19,825 nucleotides of DNA from a candidate division WOR-3 bacterium (GTDB taxonomy: Bacteria > Hydrothermota > Tepidihabitantia > SM23-42 > JAOAFX01): positions 1 to 19,825 of the forward strand of contig JBBILZ010000045.1 in the NCBI GenBank assembly GCA_037444665.1, in the 5' to 3' direction. The notes under the pieces are model-generated. The model searched no databases, had not been told where the DNA came from, and saw nothing but the letters and a program-made list of their open reading frames with translations. Made by a program: the position numbers and the translations under genes. This document shows positions 17,101 through 19,825 of the stretch, one piece after another; position 1 is the first letter of the stretch, and each line of letters begins with the position of its first letter.

Positions 17101-17537
17101 AGGGAAGGGATTATGCGATAATAACGATTGAAGACTTTGATGGTGCGGCTGATGTGTTTATTTTTGCAGACCAATATGAAAAGAGTATTAAGTTACTAAA
17201 AGAAGATACAATCCTGGTTATCAAAGGTTCGGTTTTTGGTGAGGAGGATAAGAAAAAGCTAAAAGGAGAGCAGATATACCGACTGGAAGATGTTTATCGC
17301 CATTATCGCCAAATAAGTATTGAATTCAAAGAGCTCCATACAGATAAATTAAAAGAATTACAGGAATTGTTAAACAAACATCAGGGCAATTGCGAGGTCT
17401 GGTTTGTGGTTCCTGATGCAAATGGGTCGAAAAATATAAGGTCAAGGTCATTAAAAATAGACCCTCAGCCCGAAGTTTTGTCAAAGATTCGTGAACTTTT
17501 TGGACCGGATGCATTGAAAATTATTCCCAGATTGTAA
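14175..17537 (+). CDS. dnaE: DNA polymerase III alpha subunit
   Basis: PHP HLHNHTEYSLLDG/TDHG, GPGRGSA, PDVDID, LLKMDILG, YGFNKSH, clamp-binding QESLF, OB fold; GTG start. Confidence 0.98.
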   Translation: MKPFIHLHNHTEYSLLDGAMAIEELVKLAHKYEMDALAITDHGNLFGAIEFYKIARARGIKPIIGIETYVAPRSHKDQSRDSKIPESSFHLTLLCENETGYKNLIKLSSIAYLEGFYYKPRIDKELLKTYHHGLIGLSGCFKGEVPYRVNMGDLNGAEAALKEYQEIFGKDNFYIEIMQLGLKNEKETIKTLLELSRKYDAPPVATNDCHYFSPDDYKAHDVLLCIGTRKTLADKERLKFETHQAYFRSPKEMSILFEELPEALSNTRLIAERCNLLIDTSGKDVKLPSFPRPEAYESDFDYLKDLALQNVEKRFAQLTEEIKERLNYELKVIKKMGLAGYFLIVRDIIQYAKEHNIPVGPGRGSAVGSLVLYVLGITDVNPLKFNLLFERFLNPERLSLPDVDIDFSDTRREEVIEYIKQRYGEKNVTQVITFGTMQARAVVRDVARVLGIPLNEVDQIAKMIPHNKKIEQVIEENKEFKKVIDSKKEYSELIEIARKLEGLARHPSIHAAGVVITPKELTEYVPLYKNPERGDISTQYEKNALESIGLLKMDILGLKTLTVIDECLKAINLQKEDIPFDDKETYNLLKEGKTIGVFQLESQGMQELLKSMKPEKFEDIIAIIALYRPGPMGNVNIQNLIENKNNPKKINYLHPKLERILKETYGTILYQEQVMQIASEVAGFTLAEADNLRRAMAKKNPELMQELREKFINGASKNGITIEIAEKIFNQIAPFAGYGFNKSHATAYAVVAYETAYLKCHFKLEFMVFSLNSEINDTDRINVLIKEARSLGIEVLAPDINKSFNNFSIEDSSIRYGFAAIKNLGQPVAEAIVNERTNRGPFRSFYDFQRRNKGLNKKAIESLIKAGAFSSLEPDIGKLLNKMTEREAEGAQESLFGDGGQNKNNQQSAKHINLDYFAIEKEAFGFYFREHPLEKYRNEFIIMGFTPCSEINMYENGKNLTIGGILSEKKIKKDKKGRDYAIITIEDFDGAADVFIFADQYEKSIKLLKEDTILVIKGSVFGEEDKKKLKGEQIYRLEDVYRHYRQISIEFKELHTDKLKELQELLNKHQGNCEVWFVVPDANGSKNIRSRSLKIDPQPEVLSKIRELFGPDALKIIPRL

Positions 17538-17546
17538 GGAGGCAAC

Positions 17547-18218
17547 ATGTTTTTGAGCATATTAATCTTTAGTATGTATATGATTGACCAGCCTGATATA
17601 GATTTTTTGAGCCATGGCAACTATTCGGTTCAATTGAGGTTTGGACCAGTGGGTGAAATAATTGGTTATGCACATATTGGTCTATGGGATAGATTTTCGT
17701 TTGGTTTGAGTTATGGTGCGTCAAATTTAATCGGAGCAGGTAACCCTGAGTTTTATAAACAACCCGGTATCCAGGCAAGAATTTTATTAATTGAACAGAG
17801 CCTTATGGTGCCAGGGATTGTTATTGGTTTTGATAATCAGGGCTATGGTGAATATGATTCAACAAGGTATGATATAATGTCCAAAGGTCTATATTGCCAG
17901 ATCGGAGAAGTATTTGAGTATCCAGGATTAGAGATTGTTCCGAGCCTGGGATTGAACTACTCATTTGAACAGAATGGAAGGTTTGATATATTTGGTGGCA
18001 TTAGATTTGGAATTGGCTCTACCCATATTATCATTGATTATTCACCGAATTTTTATGATGACAGGGATAAAAACAGGGGGTATTTAAACACAGGCATAAG
18101 GTTTGTGTTTTATGAACAATTATTTTTTGAGTTTGGGCTCAGAGATTTGCTTGATAATAGTGATAAAGACCAGCAATTGAATAGAATGATAAAGATTGGA
18201 TACCGGGCAAATATTTAA
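17547..18218 (+). CDS. Hypothetical exported protein, probable outer-membrane beta-barrel
   Basis: SD AAGGAGG, short hydrophobic N-terminus, many alternating aromatic/Gly strands (FSFGLSYG, SLGLNYSF, YLNTGIRF, IKIGY). Confidence 0.65.
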   Translation: MFLSILIFSMYMIDQPDIDFLSHGNYSVQLRFGPVGEIIGYAHIGLWDRFSFGLSYGASNLIGAGNPEFYKQPGIQARILLIEQSLMVPGIVIGFDNQGYGEYDSTRYDIMSKGLYCQIGEVFEYPGLEIVPSLGLNYSFEQNGRFDIFGGIRFGIGSTHIIIDYSPNFYDDRDKNRGYLNTGIRFVFYEQLFFEFGLRDLLDNSDKDQQLNRMIKIGYRANI

Positions 18219-18219
18219 A

Positions 18220-18235
18220 TGTTTCACGTGAAACA
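18220..18235. promoter_or_regulatory. parS: parS centromere-like site (ParB binding)
   Basis: Exact match to the canonical chromosomal parS palindrome TGTTTCACGTGAAACA, extending to AATGTTTCACGTGAAACATT. Confidence 0.92.
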
Positions 18236-18271
18236 TTACCATATGTTTCTGTTTTTCAAGGAGGTAATAAT

Positions 18272-18622
18272 ATGATAACTGAATTGACTGACATAGATTT
18301 TTTCCAGGAAGTGGAAAAGTCTAATCAGCTTTATCTGGTCTATTTTTGGGCAATCTGGTCGCCTTCCTGTATTGTTTTTACTAAATATCTTGAAGAAATA
18401 GATCAAAAATACGAGGGGAGATTAAAAATAGGTAAGGTCAATGTGGATAATGAAATAAAGACCACAAACGAACTTGATATCCAGAATATTCCCACAATTC
18501 TCATATTTGAACACGGAGAAATCAAAGAGAAGATTGTTGGTAATATTTCAAAGGAGATTTTAATGAAAAAGTTGAACAAATATTTAGCGAGAAAGACCCA
18601 GAAAACAAAGGAGACGAAATGA
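18272..18622 (+). CDS. Thioredoxin-fold protein with SxxC active-site variant
   Basis: LVYFWAIWSPSC, KVNVD, I.NIPT..IF..GE....VG; SD AAGGAGGT. Confidence 0.88.
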   Translation: MITELTDIDFFQEVEKSNQLYLVYFWAIWSPSCIVFTKYLEEIDQKYEGRLKIGKVNVDNEIKTTNELDIQNIPTILIFEHGEIKEKIVGNISKEILMKKLNKYLARKTQKTKETK

Positions 18623-19110
18623 AGCATAGTAAATTGCTATTAATAGCAATAATCGGTCTTTTCTGCCTTTTTTGTACAGGCAAGAACTCTAAACAGGTAG
18701 CAGGCACCAATGATTTCACCCTGAATTCACTTGATGGTGAAGAATATACCCTTTCAAAATTAAAAGGAAAGGTATTGATAGTAGATTTTTGGGCAACCTG
18801 GTGCCCGCCTTGTAGACGGGAAATCCCCCATCTAATTGAGATTTATGATAAATACAAAGAAAAGGGGTTACTAATACTTGGAATCAGCACTGAAGATAGA
18901 AGCCTACTTGAGACATTCAGGCGCGAAAATAATGTTAATTATCCAATATTAATGGGCACAAATGAAATCTTTCAAAAATTTGGTGTTAAAGCAATCCCTC
19001 ACACATTATTTATTGATAAAAAAGGTAAAATTAGAAAGACTCAAATCGGATTTGCAGATGAATTTATTCCAGCATTTGAAGCCATCATAGATACTATGAT
19101 AAATGAGTAA
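18619..19110 (+). CDS. TlpA/ResA-family disulfide reductase (exported, possibly lipoprotein)
   Basis: DFTL.SLDG, KGKV.IVDFWATWCPPCRREIP, IP.T.FIDK.G; signal peptide with Cys; ATGA overlap with the thioredoxin. Confidence 0.92.
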   Translation: MKHSKLLLIAIIGLFCLFCTGKNSKQVAGTNDFTLNSLDGEEYTLSKLKGKVLIVDFWATWCPPCRREIPHLIEIYDKYKEKGLLILGISTEDRSLLETFRRENNVNYPILMGTNEIFQKFGVKAIPHTLFIDKKGKIRKTQIGFADEFIPAFEAIIDTMINE

Positions 19111-19131
19111 GATTAGAATACAGGAGGAGCA

Positions 19132-19533
19132 TTGATAACATTGATATGGAATAAAAAAGGATTACAATTTACAGCACAGGACGAGCAGAATCACAGAATT
19201 ATTGTGGATACAGATAAAGACTCAGGGGGTCTTGAACAGGGATTTAAACCTATGGAACTGTTGCTTGTTGCACTTGCAGGCTGTATGGGAATGGATATTG
19301 TGGCAATTTTACAGAAAAAAGGTGGAAAGATTGACCATTTTCAGATGGTGCTTAGGGGCGAGAAAAATCTTGAACATCCAAGGAGATACTTGAAGATAAT
19401 TTATGAAATTGAATGTAGAGGTGATTATAGGCGAGAGGACTTAATAAGGTCATTTGAACTTTCCCGTGATAAATACTGTTCTGTGCTGGCAACATTAGAG
19501 AATACCCCTGAATTCCAGTTTAATATTATATAA
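19132..19533 (+). CDS. OsmC/YhfA-family protein
   Basis: G..PMELLL.ALAGCMGMD and KYCSV..TL (both Cys present). TTG start after AGGAGG. Confidence 0.9.
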   Translation: MITLIWNKKGLQFTAQDEQNHRIIVDTDKDSGGLEQGFKPMELLLVALAGCMGMDIVAILQKKGGKIDHFQMVLRGEKNLEHPRRYLKIIYEIECRGDYRREDLIRSFELSRDKYCSVLATLENTPEFQFNII

Positions 19534-19572
19534 TATAAATTATATATATTATCCAATCCACCACACAACATA

Positions 19573-19777
19573 GTGAATTAAATCTGAAGCACGAAAGATT
19601 CGTTTGTCGGTTCACGGTTTAGAAAAGCGAAACGGCATCGTCCTTTGTATTCGTTAAACGATGAACCATAACCGATGACGGAGCGCATCTCTAAACCGAC
19701 AGACTTTTAACGATTTACGTAATAGTTTAGTTTTTCCCAAAACTCTAACTTTATTGGTCCTCATAGCAAAATTCATA
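19573..19777 (-). ncRNA. Candidate ~200-nt structured small RNA (or palindromic repeat element downstream of a promoter)
   Basis: Lies directly downstream of a perfect promoter. Contains a hairpin at 19721-19755, a long imperfect hairpin at 19602-19704 and possible end pairing TGAATT/AATTCA. No convincing protein gene. Boundaries are approximate. Confidence 0.35.
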
Positions 19778-19783
19778 TAATAC

Positions 19784-19811
19784 ATTATATTCAAAATTTG
19801 ATTTTTGTCAA
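19784..19811 (-). promoter_or_regulatory. Perfect-hexamer sigma70 promoter
   Basis: TTGACA (19811-19806), 16 nt, TATAAT (19789-19784). Confidence 0.75.
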
Positions 19812-19825
19812 TACCCAAAAATCAA

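Noticed and set aside
14175..17537. Intein or split dnaE
   Set aside because: 1120 aa is normal, YGFNKSH is uninterrupted, and no splicing motifs are seen.
18356..18370. Selenocysteine in the thioredoxin active site
   Set aside because: Codons read TGG TCG CCT TCC TGT; there is no in-frame TGA.
14217..19393. Short ORFs overlapping dnaE and downstream genes
   Set aside because: Antisense or off-frame shadows of strongly supported CDSs.
19573..19777. Firm call as retron ncRNA or 6S RNA
   Set aside because: No reverse transcriptase downstream on that strand, and I cannot see the long closing stem and central bubble of 6S; kept only as an unclassified candidate.

Overview
AT-rich bacterial chromosomal window, mostly housekeeping, with a small accessory patch at the left end. 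It opens with the 3' end of an HD-GYP gene (1-78), then an intergenic nest of palindromic repeats. A PhzF-family gene and an orphan AAA+ ATPase follow on the minus strand. The ATPase is preceded by a 54-aa ORF missing from the ORF track and by a densely structured leader (promoter, hairpin, terminator, SD/AUG in a hairpin loop, two more hairpins). Next come a second REP doublet and 7/8-mer tandem tracts. A long tightly coupled minus-strand operon (12702 down to ~3291) reads lipoprotein-birA-coaX-tsaE-tsaB-rimI-hypothetical-STAND adenylate cyclase-fba-(Ig-like lipoprotein). It diverges from a plus-strand run mglB-mglA-Zn-finger-dnaE-putative outer-membrane protein-[perfect parS]-SxxC thioredoxin-TlpA-OsmC. 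The window ends with a perfect-consensus sigma70 promoter on the minus strand that drives only a ~200-nt structured region (candidate sRNA). All five sigma70-like promoters I found have a 16-nt spacer, and two appear to give leaderless mRNAs. No rRNA, tRNA, CRISPR array, transposase or reverse transcriptase was seen. All family calls come from motif recognition by eye; no database searches were run.
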